DNA of 56,591 bases, counting the filler, from Nitrospirae bacterium CG2_30_53_67 (GTDB lineage: Bacteria > CG2-30-53-67): assembly GCA_001873285.1 (NCBI GenBank). It is 4 parts of 4 records of this genome, joined end to end, with 100 filler letters (N's around TTAATTAATTAA, not from the genome) between each part and the next. Parts side by side here need not be neighbours in the genome. Positions count along the whole stretch, not along the records: positions 1 to 10,603 come from MNYV01000094.1; 3 more parts are not named here. One strand, 5' to 3'. This document shows, one piece after another, positions 1 to 9,280 of the stretch. The first letter of the stretch is position 1; each line of letters begins with the position of its first letter. The notes below the pieces were generated by a model, which did not search any database, was not told the origin of the DNA, and saw only the letters and a program-made list of their open reading frames with translations. A program made the position numbers and the translations under genes.

Positions 1-1
1 A

Positions 2-205
2 AGAAAGACAACACTGGATTATCTTAGATCCTTATACATCTCTTATGGTTCTAATTGCGAATTGGAGACACAAGTATTACTCGCTGGAGATCTTGGTTAT
101 ATCAGGGATGAGAAGTTAAAGAGACTTAAGAGTGATATCGAGGAGGTTGAGCGGATGCTCAAGGCACTGATCAAATCACTGGAAAACAAACACTTGACCC
201 CTTGA
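2..205 (+). CDS. Four-helix-bundle protein (TIGR02436 / 23S rRNA IVP-like), 3' part only
   Basis: Not in ORF track; frame from base 2 reads RKTTLDYLRSLYISYGSNCELETQVLLAGDLGYI...EVERMLKALIKSLENKHLTP*, with the GSxxELETQ motif; 5' end outside window. Confidence 0.85.
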   Translation, partial: RKTTLDYLRSLYISYGSNCELETQVLLAGDLGYIRDEKLKRLKSDIEEVERMLKALIKSLENKHLTP

Positions 206-253
206 ACCCTGGAATCCTCGAACCCTTTTTACCCACTAAATGGGAGAAGAACC
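192..253 (-). mobile_element. Family A element end (octamer array plus terminal inverted repeat) closing the four-helix-bundle gene
   Basis: TTGACCCC-TTGAACCC-TGGAATCC-TCGAACCC then TTTTTACCCACTAAATGGGAGAAGAACC, the reverse complement of the end starting at 29982. Confidence 0.85.
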
Positions 254-281
254 GTAAATAAATTACTTTAAGGAATCCTCC

Positions 282-638
282 ATGAAGAAAACACTTTTAA
301 TGATGATCCTATCCGGCATGCTTATTTCATGGACAAGCCAAAGGCTCTGGCATCTCCCGGTCCCCTTCACTTTTGATTCCGAAGCGGCAGCCGAACCATC
401 CGTCAAGGAAACCGGATCCGAGGTTTATGTGATCAAAGACCTTCCGTGTTTCAAGTGCCATATCTATGAGCGCTTTGTCCAGGAGCCTGCGCCCGGCGTT
501 TTCTCCCACGCCCTCCATGTTCAGTTCGAGTACCACTGCAACCAATGCCACAGCTTCAGCGGCCACCGCCAGTTGATCATTAATACGACACTTTGCACCT
601 ATTGTCATGAAGCCGTACCGGAACTTAGGAAACACTGA
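282..638 (+). CDS. Small triheme c-type cytochrome
   Basis: Signal/anchor N-terminus; CFKCH, CNQCH, CTYCH; AAGGA upstream. Confidence 0.85.
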   Translation: MKKTLLMMILSGMLISWTSQRLWHLPVPFTFDSEAAAEPSVKETGSEVYVIKDLPCFKCHIYERFVQEPAPGVFSHALHVQFEYHCNQCHSFSGHRQLIINTTLCTYCHEAVPELRKH

Positions 639-647
639 TTCCGGAAA

Positions 648-2039
648 GTGATGGATATCCGAATGAAGGCACGAATTCTCTTTATCGACGACGAGCTTCC
701 CATGAGGGAGATGTTTCAGCGGCTCTTTCAGGATTCGGAATACGAAATCCTCCTGGCAAGCGACGGCATGGAGGGGCTCGAGATCTTTGACAAAGAAAAG
801 GTGCATCTGGTCGTCACCGATTTCAGCATGCCGGGCATGACCGGAATGGACGTGCTCAGGGAAATCAAGCAAAAAGACCAGAACGTCCCGGTCATTCTGA
901 TTACGGCATTTGCAACCATCGAGACCGCCGTAGAGGCCATCAAGGTCGGCGCCTATGATTATATCACCAAGCCTTTTGATCCGGATGCCATTGAGATTAC
1001 GATCAAGAACGCCCTTTCTCACAAACAACTGGTGGATGAAAATCTTTTTTTGAAGCAGAAGCTCAAGGATGTGGAAACCCGGTCCGGCATCATCGGGGAG
1101 TCTCCCAGGTTGAAGGAGGTTTTCCATCTGATCGAGAAAGTCGCTCCTACGGATGCAACGGTTCTGATTCAAGGAGATAGCGGAACCGGAAAGGAACTGG
1201 TTGCCAGGAGACTTCATGAGCTGAGCACGCGAAGAGACAAGACCTTCCTGTCCATCAACTGCGGGGCTTTACCGCTGACCCTGCTGGAAAGCGAGCTTTT
1301 CGGATATGAAAAGGGGTCCTTCACCGGGGCCACATCGTCCAAGGAAGGCCTGTTCAAGGCCGCGGATGGGGGGACTTTATTTCTGGACGAGATCGGCGAT
1401 ATGCCGCAGGCCCTCCAGGTCAAGCTTCTGCGTGTCCTGCAGGATAAGGAGATTCTTCCCATCGGCGGTCGAAAATCCTTTACCGTTAATGTGCGGATCC
1501 TCTCTGCCACCAACAAGAACCTGAAGGAAGAAATTGAGAAGGGGCGATTCAGGGAAGATCTTTATTACCGAATCAATATCTTTACCATTGACGTCCCTCC
1601 GCTCAGGGAGAGGACCGAGGATATCCCCCTTCTTCTGAACCATTTTATGAAGCGCTACAACAAAGAGTTCGGGAAAAATGTCGACAGGGTATCCCCGGAA
1701 CTGATGCGATTCTTTCTGGAATACGACTGGCCTGGAAATATCCGGGAGCTTGAGAACTATGTGGAGCGGGCCATCCTCATGGCCGAAGGCAAGCAGCTTG
1801 AACTTTCTGCAATTCCCGCAGATGTCCAGGTCCCATCAAAAACCTCTTCAGGAGAACCAGAGGATATCCTTCCTTTTAAGGAAGCCAAGGAAAATTTTGA
1901 ACGGAACTATATTGTCTTTCTTCTGAAAAAATACAACGGGGTCATCTCCAAGGCTGCTCGTGCATCCCGGATTCCCAGGCCGAACTTTTATGAGAAACTG
2001 AAGAAGTACGGGATCGTCCAGATCAAAAAACCGAACTGA
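648..2039 (+). CDS. Sigma54-dependent response regulator (NtrC/AtoC family)
   Basis: REC domain, Walker A GDSGTGKE, ESELFGYEKGSFTGA, WPGNIREL, Fis-type HTH. Confidence 0.95.
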   Translation: MMDIRMKARILFIDDELPMREMFQRLFQDSEYEILLASDGMEGLEIFDKEKVHLVVTDFSMPGMTGMDVLREIKQKDQNVPVILITAFATIETAVEAIKVGAYDYITKPFDPDAIEITIKNALSHKQLVDENLFLKQKLKDVETRSGIIGESPRLKEVFHLIEKVAPTDATVLIQGDSGTGKELVARRLHELSTRRDKTFLSINCGALPLTLLESELFGYEKGSFTGATSSKEGLFKAADGGTLFLDEIGDMPQALQVKLLRVLQDKEILPIGGRKSFTVNVRILSATNKNLKEEIEKGRFREDLYYRINIFTIDVPPLRERTEDIPLLLNHFMKRYNKEFGKNVDRVSPELMRFFLEYDWPGNIRELENYVERAILMAEGKQLELSAIPADVQVPSKTSSGEPEDILPFKEAKENFERNYIVFLLKKYNGVISKAARASRIPRPNFYEKLKKYGIVQIKKPN

Positions 2040-2054
2040 CCGGGCCTGCAGACC

Positions 2055-3743
2055 ATGAAGCGCCTGAACCTATTGCTTCTCTTTTCCCTGATGATGTTCT
2101 TTCAGGCCTCTTTTCTTGAAGCAGTCTCTGCTCCTGAGAAGCAGAGTCCTCCCATGTGCCTGGGCTGCCACAGCAATTTAACAGGAAAGAATTTTATCCA
2201 CCTGCAAAGACACCAAAAATCCGTTCATGGTCATCTCTCGTGCCTTTCGTGTCACAGCCCAGATCGGGTGGCCTCGATTGACCCGGTACACCGTCAAAGC
2301 GTACCGTCCAATGCAGCCTTAGCGGCTTATCCTGAACCGTTGAGCCGGAAAAGCCGGTTTCCGGACGCTCTAACCGCCTGCGGGCGCTGTCATGAACGTA
2401 TCTTCGGACAGGTCAGGCAGAGTGTCCACGGCCGGGCAGTTTTTGAAAAGGGAAATCCCGATGCGGCCTTCTGCAGTGATTGTCATACCCCCATCCATTA
2501 TATCAAGGCCGTGTCGGATGTTTCCTCCTCGGTTGCCCGATCCAACCTCATCCATACATGCAGCCAATGCCATGCAAACCGGGTTATCGCATCCAGATAC
2601 CATCTCAATGTCTCCGTAGTACAATCTTACAAGGCCCACTTTCACGGCAAGAAATACAGCCTCGGAAGCAAGGAGACCCCGACATGCGCCGTCTGCCACG
2701 GGCACCATACGATCCGGGATGTCAAGGATCCGGAGTCCCCGGTCTCGCCGGAGAACAAGGTCTCTCTCTGTGCCCGGTGCCATGAGGGGGCCACTCCTGC
2801 GTTCTCGGAATTATTCACCCATACTCCCTTGAATGCGGGCAGCAATCCGATGGCTTTGCGGGTCAGAAAGGTCCTGGTTGCCTTTCTGGTGATCTTCGTA
2901 TGTGTCCTGAGTCTTCACCTTCTTCTCGATATTGCAAAAGAGATTCGGTCATTGGGGCGAAAAGCAAGAACGAGCCATACGAGAAATGAAATCCCATGGA
3001 CGCTCTTCCAGCGTCTTCCCAAAAAGGTCGAGCGCATGGATCTTCATCTCCGCATACAGCATGCGCTTCTTTTTATTGCCGTTTTCTATCTGGCCGCGTC
3101 GGGTATCGCCCTGAAGTTTCCGGAAATGCACTTCTCTGAGACTTGGATAGGTTTATGGGGAGGCGTGGAGAATGCCGGGCGCCTGCATCGTTTTTCCGCT
3201 CTCATTTTGATGATCGATCTCCTCTATCATCTCCTCTATTTAGGGATTCAGGGATTCAGGAAAAAGCTATGCCTGAGTATGATCCCCAGGATTGAGGACT
3301 TTCGCCATCTTTGTCAAAATCTCCGGTACCTTTCCGGACGGGGCGGGGACAGGCCCCGTTTCGGAACGTTCACTTATATCCAGAAGCTCGATTACTGGGT
3401 GGTGATGATCGTAGTCCTGATCATGATCATCACAGGACTGATGTATTGGTTTCCTGTGATCGCGGTCCGAATCTTTCCTGACCCTGTTTTCAAATGGATA
3501 TGGGGGGCGGCCTATGTGATCCACAGCACCGAGGCTATACTGATCCTCTTTTTCGCCTTTGTATGGCACTTTTATCATGTTCACCTGAAAAGCCGTGTCT
3601 TCCCCATGAGCTGGATATGGATAACAGGAAAGATAGACCTGGAGGATCTGATGGAAGAACATCCGGGAAACTTCGAAGAGATCCTCGATGCTGAAAGGAA
3701 AAAGGGAGAACCGGACACGAAAGGGGAGAGCGGCTCCGAATGA
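2055..3743 (+). CDS. Heptaheme cytochrome c fused to a cytochrome b membrane domain (CbcL-like)
   Basis: Seven CxxCH motifs, then TM helices with RIQH, LHR, QKLDYW, IHSTEA, WHFYHVH typical of FdnI/HyaC-type cytochrome b. Confidence 0.85.
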   Translation: MKRLNLLLLFSLMMFFQASFLEAVSAPEKQSPPMCLGCHSNLTGKNFIHLQRHQKSVHGHLSCLSCHSPDRVASIDPVHRQSVPSNAALAAYPEPLSRKSRFPDALTACGRCHERIFGQVRQSVHGRAVFEKGNPDAAFCSDCHTPIHYIKAVSDVSSSVARSNLIHTCSQCHANRVIASRYHLNVSVVQSYKAHFHGKKYSLGSKETPTCAVCHGHHTIRDVKDPESPVSPENKVSLCARCHEGATPAFSELFTHTPLNAGSNPMALRVRKVLVAFLVIFVCVLSLHLLLDIAKEIRSLGRKARTSHTRNEIPWTLFQRLPKKVERMDLHLRIQHALLFIAVFYLAASGIALKFPEMHFSETWIGLWGGVENAGRLHRFSALILMIDLLYHLLYLGIQGFRKKLCLSMIPRIEDFRHLCQNLRYLSGRGGDRPRFGTFTYIQKLDYWVVMIVVLIMIITGLMYWFPVIAVRIFPDPVFKWIWGAAYVIHSTEAILILFFAFVWHFYHVHLKSRVFPMSWIWITGKIDLEDLMEEHPGNFEEILDAERKKGEPDTKGESGSE

Positions 3744-3789
3744 TCCTTTTCATGACTCAAGCTTATTGAGATGCGATAGAAGAGGTCTT

Positions 3790-5592
3790 TTATCCAAGCT
3801 CTTTTTCCTGATCACTCTCACAGGGAAGCGAAATAAAGAAGGTGGCGCCCTGGCCGGGCGTGCTCTCCACCCGGATATTCCCACCGTGATCCGTGATGAT
3901 TCTCTGCGTGATGCTCAGACCCAGGCCGGTCCCCTTGTCCTTCAGCTTGGTGCTGAAGAACGGGTCGAAAATCTTTGAGAGGGTTCCAGGCGGGATGCCC
4001 ATGCCCGTATCCCCCACTTCAATCACCACAGATCCCTGTCCGGGATTGTTTTCTGTCGTAATGGTCAGGACTCCGCCCTTGGGCATGGCCTGAAAGGCGT
4101 TGATGAACAGATTGACAAAGACCTGCTGGAGCCTGTCGGAACTTCCGGTGATCTTTTTGACATGCGGGCTGAGCCTCTTGATGATCCGGTAGTTCTTTTC
4201 CTCCTTGAACTGGTGTTCGACCATGGTTAGAGAGTCATCAATGATCCGGTTGACGTCCACGGTCTCATGCTCCTGCGCCGGATGTCTGGAATAGAGCAGG
4301 AGACTGCGGGTGAGCCGATCAATGCGAAAAGCCGCCTCGGAGATCCGTTTGATGTGATCTTTCTCCTCTTCATCACCGCATCTCCTCAAAAGCATCTTGG
4401 CGTATCCGACGATAATGGAGAGAGGATTCCCGACTTCGTGAGCGACTCCTGCGGCCATTTCACCGAGTGAAGCGAATTTCTCCTGATGGATCAGTTGCTG
4501 CACCGTCAGGTCGAGCTCCTCGCGTTGTTTCTGAAGAGACTGCACCATGTTGTTGAAAGAGTCGGCCAGAGTGGAAAGTTCGTCGTCGGACCCCGTCCGT
4601 ATTCGCCGGCTTAAATCTCCCTGCGCGACCCGGTCGGTCAGGACGGCCATTTCCCTGAGGGGCCTGCTGATGGTGCGGATAACGAAAAAATTAATCAGGG
4701 TGAGAATGATCATGATGACAAGCGAGATCGCGATGTAGTTGCTCACCACACTTCCTTTGGCCTGTGCCAGGTCATTGGTTGACATAATGACGCCGAAGAC
4801 GGCTTTGTTTTCCTCACCGATGCGAAGCGGAGAGAAAACGGCCTTGTACTCCTTGCCGGCCAGATAGACCTTTTCAAGAACGGATTCTCCCTTCCCCAGG
4901 ATTCTCTCGATGAGATCGGGTGTCACCCGAGCCTCGATTTTCTCTCCCCAGTCCGGGTTTTCCAAGGTAGACGAGATGATCTTGTCATTGTGGAGGATAA
5001 AGAGATCATTTTTGGTCTTGGACTTGACCTCTTCAAGATATTCATCATCCAGACCGAACCCCACCAGCACAACATCCGGTCTCCCGCTGCTTTCAAAGGG
5101 GACCACCACATCATAATCCAGATGGGTTTTTCCGTCCGTGGTTTTAAAGATCAGATCACTCAATTCTTCTCCTTTCAGGCCCCGTTTGATCATCTCCCGC
5201 TGTGCCCGATTTCCGCTCTGAAGAAAGCGTTCCGGCTCGATATAGATCCTGACCCCCTCCTTGATCAGAAGATCCATATGCGAGATGTCCATGGTCCGAT
5301 GAAGGACCGGGCTCTCGGTCTCATGGGCGGAGCTTTTAAAAGAGGCCAGGAGATCACCATAATGAATCGTTTGTTTTTCTTTCTCCTTGAAGAAGGCCTC
5401 CACGGTTTCCTTGTACACAAGGATATCCCGGCTGGTGCTTTTCTCAATCTGCTGAGACAGGATATTCACCACCAGGATCACCACAAGGATGATCGCGAGG
5501 AAAGAAAAGACAATGAATGGAAAGAGGATCTTGTTCTGAATGGTCCGGCGTTCAATAAAAAAATCGCGGCAGAAAGCGCTCAACTTACCCAT
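3790..5592 (-). CDS. Membrane HAMP histidine kinase
   Basis: Two TM segments, HAMP, H-box AHEVGNPL, N-box NLFINA, G boxes DTGMGI and GTGLGL. Confidence 0.95.
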   Translation of the reverse strand: MGKLSAFCRDFFIERRTIQNKILFPFIVFSFLAIILVVILVVNILSQQIEKSTSRDILVYKETVEAFFKEKEKQTIHYGDLLASFKSSAHETESPVLHRTMDISHMDLLIKEGVRIYIEPERFLQSGNRAQREMIKRGLKGEELSDLIFKTTDGKTHLDYDVVVPFESSGRPDVVLVGFGLDDEYLEEVKSKTKNDLFILHNDKIISSTLENPDWGEKIEARVTPDLIERILGKGESVLEKVYLAGKEYKAVFSPLRIGEENKAVFGVIMSTNDLAQAKGSVVSNYIAISLVIMIILTLINFFVIRTISRPLREMAVLTDRVAQGDLSRRIRTGSDDELSTLADSFNNMVQSLQKQREELDLTVQQLIHQEKFASLGEMAAGVAHEVGNPLSIIVGYAKMLLRRCGDEEEKDHIKRISEAAFRIDRLTRSLLLYSRHPAQEHETVDVNRIIDDSLTMVEHQFKEEKNYRIIKRLSPHVKKITGSSDRLQQVFVNLFINAFQAMPKGGVLTITTENNPGQGSVVIEVGDTGMGIPPGTLSKIFDPFFSTKLKDKGTGLGLSITQRIITDHGGNIRVESTPGQGATFFISLPCESDQEKELG

Positions 5593-5778
5593 GGTTTACC
5601 AAAAGTAAGGGGTGAAATGTTTGTTTGCTCGGGGGCAGGCTCAGCCTGAAACCTCTCCTTTTGATCCCCTTTACATAGATAGTCCAATTCGACCTGCATG
5701 TCAATAGGGAGATGATCCCCGAACCCCGATGTAAAAATTCTAACGGTTCCCTTCCCCTCGCGGCTCCCGCTCTGATTT

Positions 5779-7728
5779 TCATTTGAGATGCTCTCTCAGG
5801 GCGAGGTAGCCCCGCAGGACCTCGGCCACGCTCCAGGCCTGTGCGGGCGATCCTCCCGGCTGATGCGGGGGGTCTCCATCGAAGATCTCGCCTATGGTTC
5901 CTACGCCGTATACCTTGAGCTGTTCAATCAGGGGTTCCATGATATGGATACCAACCCGGCCGGGCAAGACCTTGATGCAGGCATCAATGTAGGGACCGAT
6001 CAGCCAGGCCCAGACCGTTCCCTGATGGTAGGCGCTGTCTCTTTCCCATGGCCCCCCCTCGCAGCGTTTCCGATAGGCGGGGTGATCCGGATTGAGGCTC
6101 CGGAGTCCGAATGGGGTAAGGAGTTTCTGCCGGACCAACTCCATGACCCGAACAGCCCGCTCCCTGCTGATGAGAGGGGAGTTCAGGGAGACGGCCAGCA
6201 CCTGGTTGGGGCGGAGCGATGGGTCAGGGCCGTTTTCCGTATCGATGACATCGTACAGAAACCCCCCTTCGGGATACCAGAACCGTTTGTTGAAATGGTC
6301 ACGGACCTTCTCTGCAAGGAATCCATAATCCCTCTTTAACCTCAGGGATTCCGCCCAGGAATCCATGCGCCGCAGGGCATGATGCCACAGGGCATTCACC
6401 TCCACGGGTTTGCCCATTCTCGGGGTGACGACCCAGTTTCCCACTTTCGCATCCATCCATGTCAATTGCAGGCCCGGCGTCCCGGCATAAATGAGTTTGT
6501 CCTGAGGGTCCATCCCGATTCCGAAGCGGGTCCCTTTTCGGTATTTCAGCATGACGGTTTCCATCGCGGGAAAGAGGGCCTTCAGGAGATGGGGGTCTCC
6601 TGTTCTTTTAAGGTACCTGTCCACCGCATGAAGATAGAGAAGAGAGCCGTCCACGGTGTTATATTCGCATCCTCCGGTCCCCTCTACGATGCGGTTCGGG
6701 ATCAATCCGTCGAGGATCAGCCTGGCATAGTAGACGAGGATCTCTCGAGCCTCGTCATAGCGGCCCGTGCAGAGCAGAAGGCCTTCAAGGCTGATCATGG
6801 TATCCCGTCCCCAATCCGTGAACCAGGGGTATCCGGCAAGGATGGCGGCCCTTCCGGTCTTCTCCCTGATGATGAACTGATCGGCGGCAAGGGCAAGGGA
6901 TTCGGTGATGGTATTCCGGACTGCAAGAGAAGAAAGGATGCGCTCTCTTCTTTTGACCTCGCGGCAGCGTATCTGCTGCGGGGAATCGGGCTCCTTCTCG
7001 CCGGAGGTCACCACCAGGGCCGCGGGGTGATCATGCGTGAAAGGAAAGATGCATTCACCCGGGCTGAACAGGTCTTCAACATCCGAAAGCCCCCGTTCCC
7101 TCTCTCGGACATACAGAAAGTCCCGATACCAGTACGGCGGGCCGGTGAAGGAGCCGCCGTTGAGATGAAAAATCAAGGTCGGCATGCCGGGATAGGGATG
7201 CAGGGAGATTTTCCCTTGTTCCGCCATCACCGAGGGGTCAAGCGCCGGATTTTCCCGGGTCAGGGAATGATAGTCCCGGTAGGCGATCAGCGGCCTGATG
7301 TGCAGCTTGCCTTGTCCCGGGGTGAGGAGGGTATAGAGGATGACCGTGGTCTCCTCTCCATAGGACATGAAGATCTCTTTTTTAAGACGGATCTGATCGA
7401 ATTCATAATAAAACGTCGGGAAGGGGTATCGCTCAAAGCCGGAAAGGAGAAGATGCCCCGCCGGGTGGATGGTCTCCCTGTACTGGTTGCAGCTTAAGTC
7501 ATACCGCATGCCTCGAATAATCAGGAACTCTTCAAGCTTGGAGAGGAGGACAAAGCGGTTCAATCCCTGTCCCGAGGAGACGAGAAGTCCGTGATAACGG
7601 CGCGTGTTTGTCCCGATGACCGTGGAAGAGGCATAGCCGCCGAGGCCGTTGGTTTCGATCCATTCGAGTTCAACGGCTTTGGAAAAATCGTTCAGGACCT
7701 CTCGGGAAACATGGATGCTCGGTTGCAT
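5779..7728 (-). CDS. Glycogen debranching enzyme (amylo-alpha-1,6-glucosidase, GDE_N + GDE_C)
   Basis: EWIETNGLGGYAS, AGYPWFTDWGRDT, LTWMDA, YHQGTVW, QAWSVAE; start moved to ATG 7728 behind AAGGAG. Confidence 0.92.
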   Translation of the reverse strand: MQPSIHVSREVLNDFSKAVELEWIETNGLGGYASSTVIGTNTRRYHGLLVSSGQGLNRFVLLSKLEEFLIIRGMRYDLSCNQYRETIHPAGHLLLSGFERYPFPTFYYEFDQIRLKKEIFMSYGEETTVILYTLLTPGQGKLHIRPLIAYRDYHSLTRENPALDPSVMAEQGKISLHPYPGMPTLIFHLNGGSFTGPPYWYRDFLYVRERERGLSDVEDLFSPGECIFPFTHDHPAALVVTSGEKEPDSPQQIRCREVKRRERILSSLAVRNTITESLALAADQFIIREKTGRAAILAGYPWFTDWGRDTMISLEGLLLCTGRYDEAREILVYYARLILDGLIPNRIVEGTGGCEYNTVDGSLLYLHAVDRYLKRTGDPHLLKALFPAMETVMLKYRKGTRFGIGMDPQDKLIYAGTPGLQLTWMDAKVGNWVVTPRMGKPVEVNALWHHALRRMDSWAESLRLKRDYGFLAEKVRDHFNKRFWYPEGGFLYDVIDTENGPDPSLRPNQVLAVSLNSPLISRERAVRVMELVRQKLLTPFGLRSLNPDHPAYRKRCEGGPWERDSAYHQGTVWAWLIGPYIDACIKVLPGRVGIHIMEPLIEQLKVYGVGTIGEIFDGDPPHQPGGSPAQAWSVAEVLRGYLALREHLK

Positions 7729-7761
7729 GGTCTCCTTCCGTCGGCAGGTGTAAATAAAGAC

Positions 7762-8050
7762 GGTTCTTCTCCCCTTTGGTGGGTAAAAAGGATTCAAGGG
7801 GTCCAGGGTTCAAGGGGTCAAGTGAAATACTGGAACGCAAGCAAAATCTCCAGAGAAAAACACTGGAACCCTTGAATCCAAGATGCCTTAGTGTAGTAGC
7901 CGTCGCAGACGGCAAGGGTAAAGAAAAGCGGGACACGCGAAGCGTAACCCTAGGACCCTCGGCCCTTATGTTTTTAGCACTTCACTTGACCCCTGGAATC
8001 CTTGACCCCTTGACCCCTGATGTTTTCACCCACTCTTTTGGAGATGATCC
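7762..8050. mobile_element. Family A MITE with nested ~70-bp insert
   Basis: Imperfect TIRs GGTTCTTCTCC...GGAGATGATCC, octamer arrays, flanks ATAAAGAC/ATAAAGGC (7/8 match), highly similar to 29982-30224. Confidence 0.9.
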
Positions 8051-8117
8051 ATAAAGGCAATGTATTAACGGCCCAAAGCAGAAAAAATCCTTTTATCAAT
8101 CCTGACCGGCCTTTTTG

Positions 8118-8996
8118 TCAGGATGAATGAAGGTCATTCAGAGACCAGTCGTAGTCCATATATTCAATCCTGAACGCTCCCTCCGTCAATGATTTTTTCA
8201 GTTCATCCGGGATATGTTCCCAGATGAAGTTCAAGGCATCACTTTTTCCCGGGGGAAGATCCTGAAAGAGTTGGTGGACGGTAAAATAGTAAAAAAAATC
8301 CTTACCAAACCAGGAAAAGATCTGAGAAAGGCAGAGGATCCTGTGTTCGGCGTCCCATCGCAGGCCGTGTTCCGGATCCGAGATGTACTTTTGTGCCTGC
8401 TGGTCCAGCATCGGCTCCAGGGTTTCGCCTTCATAGGGGATGGAGGAGAGGGGCGGGCATCCAAGGGATGCGCATACCAAGGCGAAATGGGCCCTCGGTT
8501 CTTTGAAAACCCCGCGCAGGATGGCGTGTTCAATCTGGTCCAAAGAGACGACCTGCCCCGCCGTTCTGTAAGCCGTTTTATCCCATACCCCGCCGATCTG
8601 GCGGATACTGACCTTGGGATAAAGGAGGTTCCAGCCCTTGGGCGGATACTGGTCAACAACGGCCTTGATGGTAAAAAGATTATAGGCATTGATCCAGAAG
8701 GCGATTTGTGTCTTTCGATCCCATGCCCCGTAAATCTGCCGGGAGATCCCGGCGAATTCCCTGATGCTCTCTTGGAGCAGATCCGGGTGCTGTTTAAGCC
8801 TTTCATAATCGACCCGCCCGTCTGAAACAAACTCTGTGAGGAGACGGCCCCAGGATGCATTGGGGAGCGGTTCGACCTGTCCGGCCGAGGCCGGTAAGGA
8901 AAACCCGATGCAGGCGAAAAGAACTGCAGCAACGAATATGTGAACCTTTTTGAGATGCGCAGGGAGTATCCGGACCCCTGAGACCATGATGTTCAT
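8118..8996 (-). CDS. Exported DUF547-domain protein
   Basis: Signal peptide; AFWINAYN, EPRAHFALVCASLGCP, YDWSLN. Confidence 0.9.
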   Translation of the reverse strand: MNIMVSGVRILPAHLKKVHIFVAAVLFACIGFSLPASAGQVEPLPNASWGRLLTEFVSDGRVDYERLKQHPDLLQESIREFAGISRQIYGAWDRKTQIAFWINAYNLFTIKAVVDQYPPKGWNLLYPKVSIRQIGGVWDKTAYRTAGQVVSLDQIEHAILRGVFKEPRAHFALVCASLGCPPLSSIPYEGETLEPMLDQQAQKYISDPEHGLRWDAEHRILCLSQIFSWFGKDFFYYFTVHQLFQDLPPGKSDALNFIWEHIPDELKKSLTEGAFRIEYMDYDWSLNDLHSS

Positions 8997-9220
8997 TTGA
9001 TTCTCCCGAAGAAGACTTTTTCCAGTACTGCATATACCTATATCTTAAGAATACCCTGTTTGGCAAGCGGATAGATTCTGCTCCGGCAAAGATTTTTTGA
9101 CGAATCCTTTATAGAATTCCGAGCTGGTTTAATTGGCGTAAAAACAAGAAGGTTGAGGGATGTCTCTCCTCCCGCCGCCTTGCCGCCCCTGCGGGAAAGA
9201 GCCATTCAATTGACACTTAT

Positions 9221-9253
9221 TTGTTTGTCCACAAACAAAAAATAGGTTATAAT
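9221..9253 (+). promoter_or_regulatory. Sigma70-like promoter overlapped by a perfect palindrome
   Basis: TTGTCC(9225)-N17-TATAAT(9248); TTGTTTGT-CC-ACAAACAA at 9221-9238. Confidence 0.55.
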
Positions 9254-9280
9254 ATAATTAACATCAATAAGGAGGTTGGT

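Noticed and set aside
2..205. Diversity-generating retroelement suggested by an Avd-like four-helix bundle
   Set aside because: No reverse transcriptase and no TR/VR pair with adenine-specific differences in the window
648..2039. GSFTGA instead of GAFTGA in the sigma54 activator; search for a -24/-12 promoter
   Set aside because: Common functional variant; no convincing TGGCAC-N5-TTGC found by eye nearby
7776..8054. Apparent small protein family (also 30142-30402, 34956-35138, 41505-41762, 44159-44365)
   Set aside because: Shared peptides are just translations of the repeat elements
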